Of a stretch of DNA of 64,000 bases, positions 1 to 10,160 are shown one piece after another; position 1 is the stretch's first letter; every line of letters begins with the position of its first letter. The position numbers and the translations under genes are program-made. Location of the stretch: the NCBI GenBank assembly GCA_004431415.1, contig QPMI01000062.1, positions 186,001 to 250,000 on the forward strand, written 5' to 3'. The notes beneath the pieces are model-generated. The model was not told where the DNA came from, searched no databases, and was given only the letters and a program-made list of their open reading frames with translations. This DNA comes from Cyanophora paradoxa CCMP329 (lineage: Eukaryota > Plantae > Glaucophyta).

Positions 1-2911
1 CGCGCACGCCGCGGCCGACGGCGGCTCCGTGCAGATCGTGTCCACCCTCCTCGCCCTCGGCTCCGACCCCTTCCTCAAGGCGCGCCTCCCCTCCCCGCCC
101 GCCCCTCGCCTCCCGGCCGGCGCCGCTGATCATGAGCGAGGGCCCCCAGAATGCGTCCGGGGACAACGCTCTGTTCGCTGCACTGCGCGGGCCCGACTGC
201 AAGGCTGAAGTTGTCAAGGCGCTCCTGGACGCGCACCCGAGCCTCGCCGATGCGTTAGGTGACAGCGCCTTGCGCCCTCGCGCGGCCGGCACGTGACCGT
301 CGGCTCGGGATCACAGACACGCACGGGGAGAGCGCTCTGTTTGCCGCGTTGCGAGGGTCCGTCTGCAAGGCTGAGGTTCTCGGGGCGCTCTTGGGCGCCC
401 GCCCGAGTCTTGCCCGCACCACCGGTGCTCGGGACCCCCTCCGCTCTGTGTTGCAGCCGCAGCTGACATGAGTTGCGATGCGGCCGCAGACGCCCAGGGC
501 CGGAGCCCCATCGCCATGCTCGCGCACTCCGAATGGAGCTCCGCGCTCGCTGGCAAAGTGGCGGCCCTCACGGCGGCGGGGGCCATCGAGTGGGGCGAGG
601 ATGCGGCGAGGCTGCTGCGCGTGGCGGTCCTGGAGAACAGCGAGGAGGTCGTCCGCCGCCTCCTCGCCCTCCCGGGGGCCGACCCCGGCGCCGCCCTCGC
701 CTCCTGGACCGACGCCGGCGTGCGCCGGCCGGGCGGCGTGACGCCCCTCATGGAGGCGATGACGGACTGGAGGGACGGGTGCACGTGGCGGGCGCTGCTC
801 GCCGTGCCGGACATCGACGTCGACGCCCGCGACGACGCCGGCCGCACCGTCCTCCACCACGTCGCCGTGGACGACGGGTACTACGGCTGCAGGGACGGGC
901 CCTCGCAGCTGGAGGCGCTCCTCGAGCACCCCGTCGACCTCAACGCCGTCGACGGCAAGGGCTTCACCGCCCTGCACCTCCTCCTCCTCGCCTCGGGCTC
1001 GCTGCTCCCTCCGCAATCGCGCGCCAAGATCCAGAAGCTGCTCGGTGCGTTCGACGCCGGTTGGCATCCACAAGGCCCGACCACGAGCGCGACTGACTGC
1101 GTGTGCGGGGGCAGAGAGGCGGGAGTTGGACCCGAACATGCGGGACCCGGCCGGCCTCCCCCCGCTCTTCCTCGCCGTCAGGCGCAAGGCGCACGACGTG
1201 CTCCAGGCGCGTCGCCCCGGCTCTGCTTGCCCGCCCCCGGGCCCGGGCCCGGCCCGCCGGCTGCAGTGGGGCCTGAGAGACGGGCGCCGCAGCTCCTCCT
1301 CGACCGCCCGGACCTGGACGTGAACGCGACGGCGGAGGGCGGGAAGTGCGCCGCCCTCGCCCCCCGGCCCCCTCGGCGCGGCTGCGGGTTCGACGGCGGG
1401 CGCGGCGCAGGACGGCCCTCTGGCTGGCCTGCGCGGAGCACGACTGGTGGTCGGCGAGGCGGATCCTGAGGTTCCCCGGCGTCGACGTGCACCGGGCCCC
1501 GGCCGGCCGGCCCTCCCCCATCTTCCTCGCAATCTCGGCCCCGTTCGCGAGGGAGGCGGGGGACCCGGAAAGGGCGCTGCACTTCGACGTCCTCGAGGTG
1601 CTCTTCGCGCGGGGCGCCCGCGCCGAGCCGGCCGACGACTCCGGCTACGGCGTCCTCCACCACGTGCCCCGCCCCTGCCTCTCCTGTGCCCCGGCCCGGC
1701 CCGCGCCGACCGCCGGGGCGGGGCGGGGCGGGCGGCAGGTCGTGGCGAACTCGAACGAGGCCGCCACGGCCGATGCCCTCCTCTTCCTCGACGACCCCCG
1801 CGCCGCCTGCGCCCTCCGCGATCCCCAAGGTCCCCGCCCCCTTCCCCCTCCCCCTCTCCCCTCCCCCTCCTCCCCCCCTCCTCCCTCCCCCCTCCTCCTC
1901 CCCCCCTTCCCCCCCCCCCCCCCCCCACCACCACCACCACCTTCACCCGCCCCTCCCCTCCCCCCCGAACTCTCGCTTTTTGCCTCGCCCCGGCCGCTTC
2001 TGACGCCGGGGCGCGCAGGGCGCACGCCGTTCCTCGCCGCCTGCCAGGCCGGGCACTTCGCGAGCGCGAGGGCCCTCCTCCCGCACTCGGACGCCGCCGC
2101 GCAGGCTCGCCCCTCCCGTCCCCTCCGCCCCGCCCCGCCCCCGCGCGCCCCGCCGGGCCGGGCTGAGGTACGGGTAGGACGCGGAGTGGAACGGGGCGCT
2201 GCACGTGAGCGAGAGCATGGCCGGGGGCGGCCTCCCGTTCCTGCACGCGCTGCTCAAAGCCTGTCCCGAGGCGGCCCTCGCGCGCAACCTCGCCGGCCAG
2301 ACCCCGCTCCACCTCCACGCCCGCCGCCACCCCTGGGTCTCGGTGGTGCGGCTGGCGCCGGAGGAGCCGGAGCGGACGGCGGGGGGCGGGGAGGAGGAGG
2401 CCGAGCGGGAGGTCGCGGAGGCGGCGGCCTCCTTCGTCGCCTTCTCCGACCTCCTCGCCACCGACGCCGCCGGCCGCACCCCCGTGCGCCCCGCACGCCC
2501 GCCCCGCCCCTGCAGTGCCCTCCAGCTCGGCCCCGCCGCTGACTCTGCCCCCCGGCCCGCCGGCAGCTGCACGTCGCGGCGGCGGAGGGCGAGGCGGGGC
2601 CCCTCCTCCTCGCGATGCTGCACGACCCGCAGGCGGCCGCCGCGCTCTGCGCGCAGGACCGGGCCGGCTCCACGCCCCTCCACCTCGCCTGCCGGGTGCG
2701 CAGCCGCCTGCAGCCGGCGGCGCTCTCAGCAGCCCCTCTCGCAGAACTCGAGAATAACCGGCCGCAGAACGGGTCGCTGGAGGTGGCGCGGGCGCTCGTG
2801 GAGGGGGCGCGGCGGACGGGAGCGGCGGGGGCGCTCGAGCTGCGCGACCTGTGGGGCCTCCGCCCCGTGGATGCCGCCCCCGCCGCCCTCCGGCCCCTCT
2901 TCGACGAGTAG
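1..2911 (+). CDS. Ankyrin-repeat protein A (multi-exon, 5' truncated by the window edge)
   Basis: Repeated ankyrin motifs: GESALFAAL, GVTPLMEAM, DARDDAGRTVLHHVA, NAVDGKGFTALHL, GRTPFLAAC, NLAGQTPLHL, QDRAGSTPLHLAC. Ends LRPLFDE-TAG at 2911. Short C-rich introns lie between the motifs. Confidence 0.85.
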
Positions 2912-2944
2912 CTGAAGGCGCCAGCCTCCTATTGATTTCTTTCC

Positions 2945-3120
2945 CCAGGGGAGGGAAGGGGTAGGGTACGGGGAAGGGGAAGGAAAGGGGAAAGAGGGGT
3001 AGGAGATTCCAGCAGCGGGACTACTACTACTAGGCTATCGGGAAGGGGAGGGTACGGGAAAGGGGAGGGGGAGGAAGGGGTAGGAAATGGGGGGGGGGAA
3101 AGAGAGTGGGGATACGAAGT
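2945..3120. repeat. Polypurine G-rich low-complexity tract between the convergent ankyrin genes
   Basis: Runs such as GGGGAGGGAAGGGGTAGGGTACGGGGAAGGGGAAGG, with the GTACGGG-AAGGGGA motif occurring twice. Confidence 0.6.
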
Positions 3121-3319
3121 CCAGCCTGGGGGGTATGGGTATGGTCGCTTCCCAGCCTAGAGCAGCTCCGCGTCATCGCTGGGGCACGAGTCCGAGGCGA
3201 CCTCGGCTGGCTTGGGGTCCGGGAACTGCGCGCTGCCGTAGAGGCGCGGGATGGGGTGCCGCCGCGCCCTGCCCCCCTCCGGGGCCCGTTCCCCCTCCAG
3301 CCAGCCTGCCGGCGGTGAG

Positions 3320-6118
3320 TGGGGCGTAGAGGGGCGGCGGGGGGCCAGGCGCACGTCGAACGAGGCGGCGGGCGCGCTCGGGCCCCACCTCGCCGGGCAG
3401 GCAGCCGTGCCGGTCCCGCGGGGCGCCGGGCCCGCGGGGGCCCCCGCCTCCAGCAGCGCCCGCGCCAGCTCCACGCGCCCCCACTGCCCGCCCCGGCCGC
3501 CCTCAGCCCACGGCCGGGTCGAGGGCGCGGCGGGCCGGGGGCGCACCCGGCACGCGGTGTGGAGAGGGTCGACCCAGTGCGGTCCTGCAGCGCCAGCGCG
3601 GCGCGCGCCTGCGGGGCGGCCAGCATCGCCGCGAGGAGCACGCCGACGCGGCGCCCCGCCGCAACCGCCGCGTGGATCTGCGACGCGCGTTCAAGGGGGC
3701 GCGGGACGCGGGGCCGGCGGGGCGCGCCGGGGTGCGGCCGGCGGCGTCCTGTGCGGCGAGCTCCGAGGCGGCCAGAAGCCCCCGGGCGGCACGGCCCATC
3801 TCCCCACTGCACCCTCTCAGGCCGAGAGGGGGGCGAGGCGAGCCACATGCACACCATTCCACCGTCGGCTCGGGTCGCGGGGCCGGAGTCGGGGCCAGGG
3901 CCGGGGCCGGGCGAGGTCCGTCGCTGTCGGAGCTCTCCCCGAGGACGCCCTGCGGGGCCGGCGGCGCCGGCGCCGTGCGCCACGGCCGGCGCGAGGCGAG
4001 GCGGTGCAGCGGCGTCTCCCCCTCCGCGTTCCGCAGGAGCGCCGCCTGCGAGCGCGGCGCGCTGAGGGCTCGGGGCCGGGGGCCCAGCGCGCCGGGGAGG
4101 CAGGCCGCACCGCGGGGCAGCGCCGCAGGATGTCCGAGACGAGGGCGAAGCCGCCCGCCGCCCCGAAGCGCCCCGCGTGCAGGCAGCTGTTCCCCTCCAG
4201 GTCCTGGTGCAGGGGCGGTCGAGGGGGCGCGGGGGGACGAAACCGGGCGGGAATCGCGCCTGGGCGAGGGGGTCGGAGAAGGGGAGGACGGCAGCCGCGG
4301 CGGCGAAGCAGCCCCTCCGGCACGCCAGGAACAGCGGCGTCCGGCCTGCGGGCGCGGAGGCTTAGAGGGGAGGAGAAGGGGAGGGGAGGGGTGGGGGTGG
4401 GGGGTGGGGGGGGGGGGGGGGGGGGTATCGGGGGCGGACCGAGGGGGTCAGGCACGGCGAGGGCGAGGGCGGGCTCCGGGCATGCGGCCAGGAGCTCGCT
4501 CAGGTGCCCCGCCGGGTCCTTCCCGTTCCCTTCAGCGCCGCTGCCTGCGCGCCGCGGAAGCTCACAAGTCCGCGGGCCGCCGACACGGCGGGCGCGGGGC
4601 GGGCGCACGTAGTGGAAGGCCGTGTAGCCGTGCGCGTCCGTGGAGCCGTCCGGGGCCACGCCGCGCGCGCGGAAGGCGGCGAGGGCCGCCCGGAGCTCCT
4701 CGCGCGAGAGGCCGCGGGCGGACGGGCGGGGCCGGAGGAGCTCGAGGAGGGGCGAGTCGGCCCCGGGGGCCGGCGCGCCGGGTCGGCGCCGGCGGCGAGG
4801 AGGAGCCGGATGATCTCCGCGTTGGGTTCGGCGGCCCTGCACGCCTCCAGCAACGGCGTCCTGGAGCGGGCGCGACCTCAGAGCCAAGGCCGGCTGGAGG
4901 GCGCTGCGGCGGGCACCTTCCAGAGGGGTCGGCGGCGTCCACGTCGACGGGGGCGCCCTGGCCCTGGCCCTGGGGCCGCTCGAGCAGCGCCCGCACGGCC
5001 GCCGCGTCCCCGCGCCGCGCCGCCGCGAGCAGCGGCGTCCGCCCCTTCCCGTCCCGCGCCTCCAGCGCCTCGGGGCCCGCCCGCGCTGCGCCGTCCCCCG
5101 CCCCCGGCGTCGGCCACCGGCGAGCCGTGGCGGCTCGCTCCGGTGCCGAACCCACGAGCTCGGCGTACACGGCGCCCAGCCCCTCGCACGCCGCGAAGTG
5201 GAGGGCCGTGCGCCCGTCGCGCCCGGCCGCGAGCATGTGGAGGCGCCCCGCCGGCCCCGCCGCCTCCAGCAGCACCCGCGCCGCAGGGCCGTTGCCGCTC
5301 GCCGCCGCCCGCACCAGCGGAGTGAGGCCCTCCGCGTCTGCGCCCCTCCCGGCTCAGCGCGCCGTGCACACGCGGCCACACCAGACGCGGGGCCGCCGGG
5401 CACCCGTAATCCCGGCGAGGTCGGGGCGCGCTGTGAGCAGAGTCTGCAAGGCTCTGTCCTTGCCCCGGCGTGCGTAGCCGTGCGCTAGAGTGTCGCCCAT
5501 TCCGTCCTGCTGGGGTATCATCGGACTGGGAGCGCAGCAGGCGGGGGCGGGCCCGCACCACGGCCGTGGGGTCGGCTCCGAGCGCAAGGAGCAGCTGGAG
5601 GCTCTTCTCTCTCGTGCTAGAGGCATCACTAGCCAGGGCGTTCTGCGCATAGTTTGCATGGTTCGGGGGGCGGCGTGGGCGGGCGGCCGCGGGGCCGGGC
5701 GGCGCGCCTCTAGCGGGCTCTCGCCCCTCACGAACGTGCGGGCGTTGGCGAGGGCGGAGAGGCCCCAGCCCCGCAGCGCGTCGAGCCACCCCTCGCCCTG
5801 CCCTGCGCCTGCCCCCGCGCCCACCCTCTCCCCCGCGTGCAGCATCTCTGGGACGAAATACAGGGCCGACATTCCCGGCCACTCGCTGTTCCTGGGGCGA
5901 CGCCGGTCGTGGGCCGCTGCATCGCGCGGCGGCGAGAGCGCAGCGCACCAGTACGCAGAGCCGCGCATCGGGTGCGGCGCATCCCAGGGCCGCGGCTGGC
6001 GGCGGAACGGGGTGGGGAGCATGTGGCAGAGGGGCGAGGCCCCCCGCTCTACCAGCCGTCTCGCCACTTCAAGGCGATCCCAGATGACTGCCTCTGCACC
6101 GCTCGCATAAACTGACAT
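3320..6118 (-). CDS. Ankyrin-repeat protein B (multi-exon; apparent 1-nt indels near the 3' end)
   Basis: LEVARRLVERGASP, QQDGMGDTLAHGYAR, GRDGRTALHFAAC, ARDGKGRTPLLAAAR, TDAHGYTAFHY, QDLEGNSCLH, QDAAGRTP. Start (MSVYASG, 6118) and 3' end are approximate. Confidence 0.8.
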
Positions 6119-6149
6119 TGGAGCGAAGGAAACCACGAAGGAAACCGCA

Positions 6150-7808
6150 GACTCAGGAAAGGGGTGTAGCCCTTGATGTCGGAGCCGTCGAGCCCCGTGC
6201 AAGCGATGTGCTTCGGTAAACGCTCCTGCGAAAGGAGGGATCAGAGTTGGAGCGGGCGCGCCAAGGACCGAGGCAGGGAGGGCGCGCCAGGAGGCCGTCG
6301 AGTTGCGCCAGGCGCTCGGCCGAGGTGCGCCCCGTGCCGCCGGCGAGAACCTCAGGGAACTGTGGCGGGCTCAACGGCCCGGGGGGGATGAGGAGAGGGG
6401 GGGGGGGGGGGGGGGGGGGGGTCTACCTCCGCGTCGAAGTCCTCGGCGTAGACGTGAAGCTCCGGGGGGGCGATGGGCTTGAGCACCCTCCTCAGCTCGC
6501 TGGGGACTCCAGGGAAGCGCGCCTCGGAATCCGCGTCCTCCGGGCCCGGTTCGGGACCCGAGTCCCCCGGGTCCTCCTCCGCGTCCTCCGAGTCCGAATC
6601 CGAGCTCGAGTCCGAGTATAGCGCTGGGCAGGCCGCTCGCTTGGCGAGCTTGACGCGAGCCTTGACCTGCGGAGGCTCAAAAGAGCATGGGCGGGGCGGG
6701 GCCGCGCAGCAGCTACGAGGAAGAGGTGGCGGAGGCGGGGGGCGGCGGGGCTGTCGGCGGCGAGGAGGGCGCGCAGGGCGGCGCGCGAGACGAGAGCCTC
6801 GGCGAGGTCCAGCGAGAGCAGCTCCGGCAGCCTGCTCGCGCGGCGTTCGCCTGGGGCGGCTGCGGCTGCAGCTGCGGTGCGGCCGGAGGACGCGCCTGTG
6901 GCGGACGATTGTGTCGAGGGCGCCCACGGAAGACGACCCGTACATTCGAATCGTGGTCGAGCTGTACAGCGGGTCGGCGAGCGGGGCGGGGCGGGGCGGG
7001 GCGGGGCGGGGCGCACGGGAGGTAGAGGTGGCGGAGGGTTCCGGCGCAGGAGGCGAGGAGCCGTTCGAGGGCGGAGTTTGCGAGAGCCACGCCGGCGGCG
7101 TTGAAGTGCTCGAGGCGCGGGAGCGGCGGCAGGCGCTGAAAGTAGTAGCTCGGCGGCATATTGCCGTCCTCCAAGAAGGCCAGCGAGAGGTGCGTCAGGT
7201 CGGGTGTAGCCTCCAGGCACTGCGCATGCCGGCGCAAGCGACGTCAGCTGAACTTTCAACCTCTAGCGCGTACTGGTGCCGCTAGCTATAGCGCGAGCGC
7301 AAGCGCTTGCGTGCCTTCATGATGTCCTGCTCGGTGAGGCGCCGCCGGGGTGGCGCGCCAGTGTCGTCGTCTATGACGTGGAGACGGGCCAGGCCGTTGA
7401 AGGACAACCGGCGGATGTGCTTCCCCATGCGCTCACACGCCGCCACGATGAAACGCGTGCTGTCATCCCTCTGCACCGCGGTTCGATCCGATCGTGGTGC
7501 ATGGCGGGTCCGGACGCACGGAGAAGATCGGCTCCTCGTACAGGCAGGGGTGCCAGGCCGCCGCCCGGAGCCGGCGCGAGGCGCGGCCGAGGCCCAGCGC
7601 GAGCGCCTGGAGCCCGCCGCCCGCCAGGCGCCGCACGACGTCCACCAGAAGCTCGTCTGCGCTCGACCGGTCAACTCGAGGTGCCGGCATGGCACGGCAC
7701 AGGAGCACCTGGCAGCATTTCGAGCGCTGAGCTAGAGTCTCCGCGGGGCGCTTCATCTTGTTCCCCTTCATGCGCCATGCTGAGCATGCTCTCCGCGGGG
7801 CGCTTCAT
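6150..7808 (-). CDS. F-box / LRR-like protein
   Basis: Splicing at CCAG|GTGCTC...GCAG|AC gives LEMLPDELLVDVVRRL...LGRASRRLRAAAWHPCLY (F-box). This is followed by LRR-like segments (IRRLSF, PDLTHLSL, LPRLEHFNA, TLRHLYL, LLSLDL) and an acidic stretch. The 3' end is uncertain. Confidence 0.75.
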
Positions 7809-7902
7809 CTTGATCCTCGCGCCCGACGGTCGCGCCTCGACGCGCCAAACTGGCCGGGTACGTGAACTTGCGCAGACCGGATCGCATTGAAGAGGCGAAA
7901 GC

Positions 7903-9239
7903 ATGCAGCGCTGTCAGGCTCAGTTCGTGGGGGGCGCGGCGGTCACCATCAGCCCGCGGGCGCAGCCTCCATCGGTGCAATCACTCCGGTCGGATTTCAG
8001 CGGCCGGGCGCAGCTGCGGCCGCGCCGAGGCGCTCTTAGAACCGGAGGCGGAGTCATTCGCTTCTCTGTTCAGAGGTCTGCAGCGCGCCGCTTCTCCGTC
8101 CGGGCCTCGGTGGGGGGAGAGGAGAACACGCCCGCGGCCGAGACGCGCGCGGCGCCCGAGGCCGAGGCGGCGGCGGAGGTTGCGGCAAAGAAGGAGACGG
8201 CTGTCGCTGAGCGTGCGCCTTGCCGCTCTTGCGCAACCAAGACGTACGCGTGCTTATTCGTGCGCAGCTGCGGCGTCGTCGGGGGCGGGCGCGTCGGGGG
8301 CGGCGACCGTGCAGGAGCGCCTCCAGCGCGCTCTGGACGGCGCGGTGGCGAACGTGGAGGACGCGCTCGACCCCGCGAAGGTCGGAGCGCCGCCGGGCGG
8401 GCGCGGGATCCGGAGAGCTCACGCGGGGCCAGGTGGCGGAGGCGGGGAAGGAGACGGCCGTGACGGTCGGCAAGAACCTTCTCTCGAGCAACCCGCTGGA
8501 CTACGTCGTCCTGGGCGCGCAGCTCAGCGCGATCGCCGGTGCGCGCGTGCACACTCCACGTGCCCCCCGCGCGCGCCCCGCGCCGGCTCGGCTCAGCGCG
8601 GGCGCAGGGGTCGTGTTCGGGCCGACGCTGATCCCGCAGGCGGACCCCGTGGTGCTGGCTCTCATGGGCCCGGGGATGCTCTACGCCGGCCTCGGCCTCA
8701 TCGCCCTCGGCCTCCTCTCCCTCGGCCCCAAGGTCCCCCCCGCCCCCGCCCCGCCACGCGCGCGCGCCCCCGCTCACCCGCCGCCCGCCCGCCCGCTCGC
8801 AGAACCTGACGCCTTTCATTCGGTGCGGGGGACCCCGGCCTGGCCCGCCCGCCCGCCCGCGCGGGCCACGCGCCTCCCCCGGCCCCCAGCTGACGGCCGG
8901 GGGACGGGGCAGGCCGGCGGAGAACAACGAGCTGGTGGAGTCGTGGGGCTTCCGCCTCGTGCGGCACCCCATCTACGGCGGCCTCGTCATGGCCTCCGTC
9001 GGCTGGTCCGTCGAGCAGGCCTCCCCCACCTCCCTCTTCTTCGCCCTCGCCCTCTTCGCCTTCCTCGACTGGAAGAGCGGCCGCGAGGAGAAGATGCTCG
9101 AGCAGGCGCCCCGCCCCGCCCTCCGCCCCCGCCCGCCCGGCTGGAGCTGACGGGGTGGGGCGGGGCGCAGTTCCACGGGGCGGCGTACAAGAACTACCGG
9201 CGGAAGGTGCCCCGCAAGTTCATCCCCTTCTTCTACTGA
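7903..9239 (+). CDS. Isoprenylcysteine carboxyl methyltransferase (ICMT/PEMT)-family membrane protein, probably plastid-targeted
   Basis: NLTPF...NELVESWGFRLVRHPIYGG...REEKML...YKNYRRKVPRKFIPFFY-TGA. The N-terminus is rich in Ser/Arg/Ala and contains QFV and LRSDFSG. Confidence 0.85.
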
Positions 9240-9420
9240 GGGCCCCGCCCTTCGACTTTCGAAGCCCCGCCTCGGGCCCCGCCCCCGGGCCCCCCGGGCG
9301 TCCTCCCTTGCGAGCCTCGCAGTTTTCCGCTTTTTTCTTCGCTTTCCTGCTTGCAGCTGCTTTCATGGTTTCAATGCGCGGTTGTTGTGCGTGCTGTGTC
9401 CCTGCGAGGAGACGTGTGCA

Positions 9421-10160
9421 GATCTAGACTAGGTAGCTATAGGCTGTATTGTGTGCATATTCGATGATCATGATGGCGACCATCGGATCCGATCGCGATG
9501 CTCCGAGGCTCGTCCGGCTGTTTCGAATTCATGATCAATTGCAAGCCTAGGCCTTGAAGTTTCATGATCAGAAATTCCAAGTCTCAGTAGTAGCGCTAGC
9601 TGGGCAGTGGCAAGCCCTACTAGCTATAGGCCCCAGGCGCCGGCTGATGATGAGGCACATGTACAGCTGCAGCGACCTGTGTCAGACAAGCCTGCCACTG
9701 CCAGGCTGTGTCAGACACTGGGCTCCTGCATGCGCAGCTGCCAGGCTGCAGCTGGCAGAAGCATCCGATGCCATGATGATCATGATCAGTACCGTGCCAC
9801 GGTGGAGATCAGACGCTGAGCGACTCTTAACTTGAAATCCGATGATCAATCGCAAAGACACGTGACTCAGTGAGGCCTTGTCAAGTTGAAGAATTCGAAG
9901 AGCTGATCATGAGTCGCCGAAGATGAAGTCTTGGAGTTTCATGATCAGCCTGGCAGACGTCGACTCCAGAAAATCAGTTATCGATTAAATATTGCCAGAC
10001 TTTTTAGACACTTTAATTTCAGCAGCAGCCGCTGAGCCAACCTGCAAGATAAATTCGAAGAAGCCTTGAAGCCCAAAGGGCAATCAATGTTCACAGTTTC
10101 ACGGAGGCCGCCTCAAGCACGGGGGTTCGACATCAAGCGCTACTAGGCTACGCACAGGTC
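9421..10160. repeat. Palindrome-ladder intergenic block (dense overlapping short inverted repeats)
   Basis: Eight perfect palindromic hexamers within 9522-9554; 12-bp palindromes at 9482-9493 and 9777-9788; recurrent 11-mers shared with the blocks near 41.3 kb and 62.3 kb. Confidence 0.8.

Noticed and set aside
255-2330. 691-aa minus-strand ORF, and similar long ORFs such as 57701-60916 and 58202-61123
   Set aside because: R/G/P/A-rich shadow frames caused by stop-codon scarcity at very high GC; the real motifs lie on the opposite strand or in spliced exons.
4395-4426. Long poly-G/poly-C runs (also 6397-6421, 48661-48694, 1909-1927) as functional G-quadruplex elements
   Set aside because: They mostly lie in C-rich introns and their lengths are unreliable in assemblies; no specific function is supportable.
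9421-10160. Cloning-vector polylinker contamination
   Set aside because: Sites repeat many times, no vector backbone is recognisable, and the same style occurs in at least six spacers flanked by native genes. A UniVec screen would formally exclude it.
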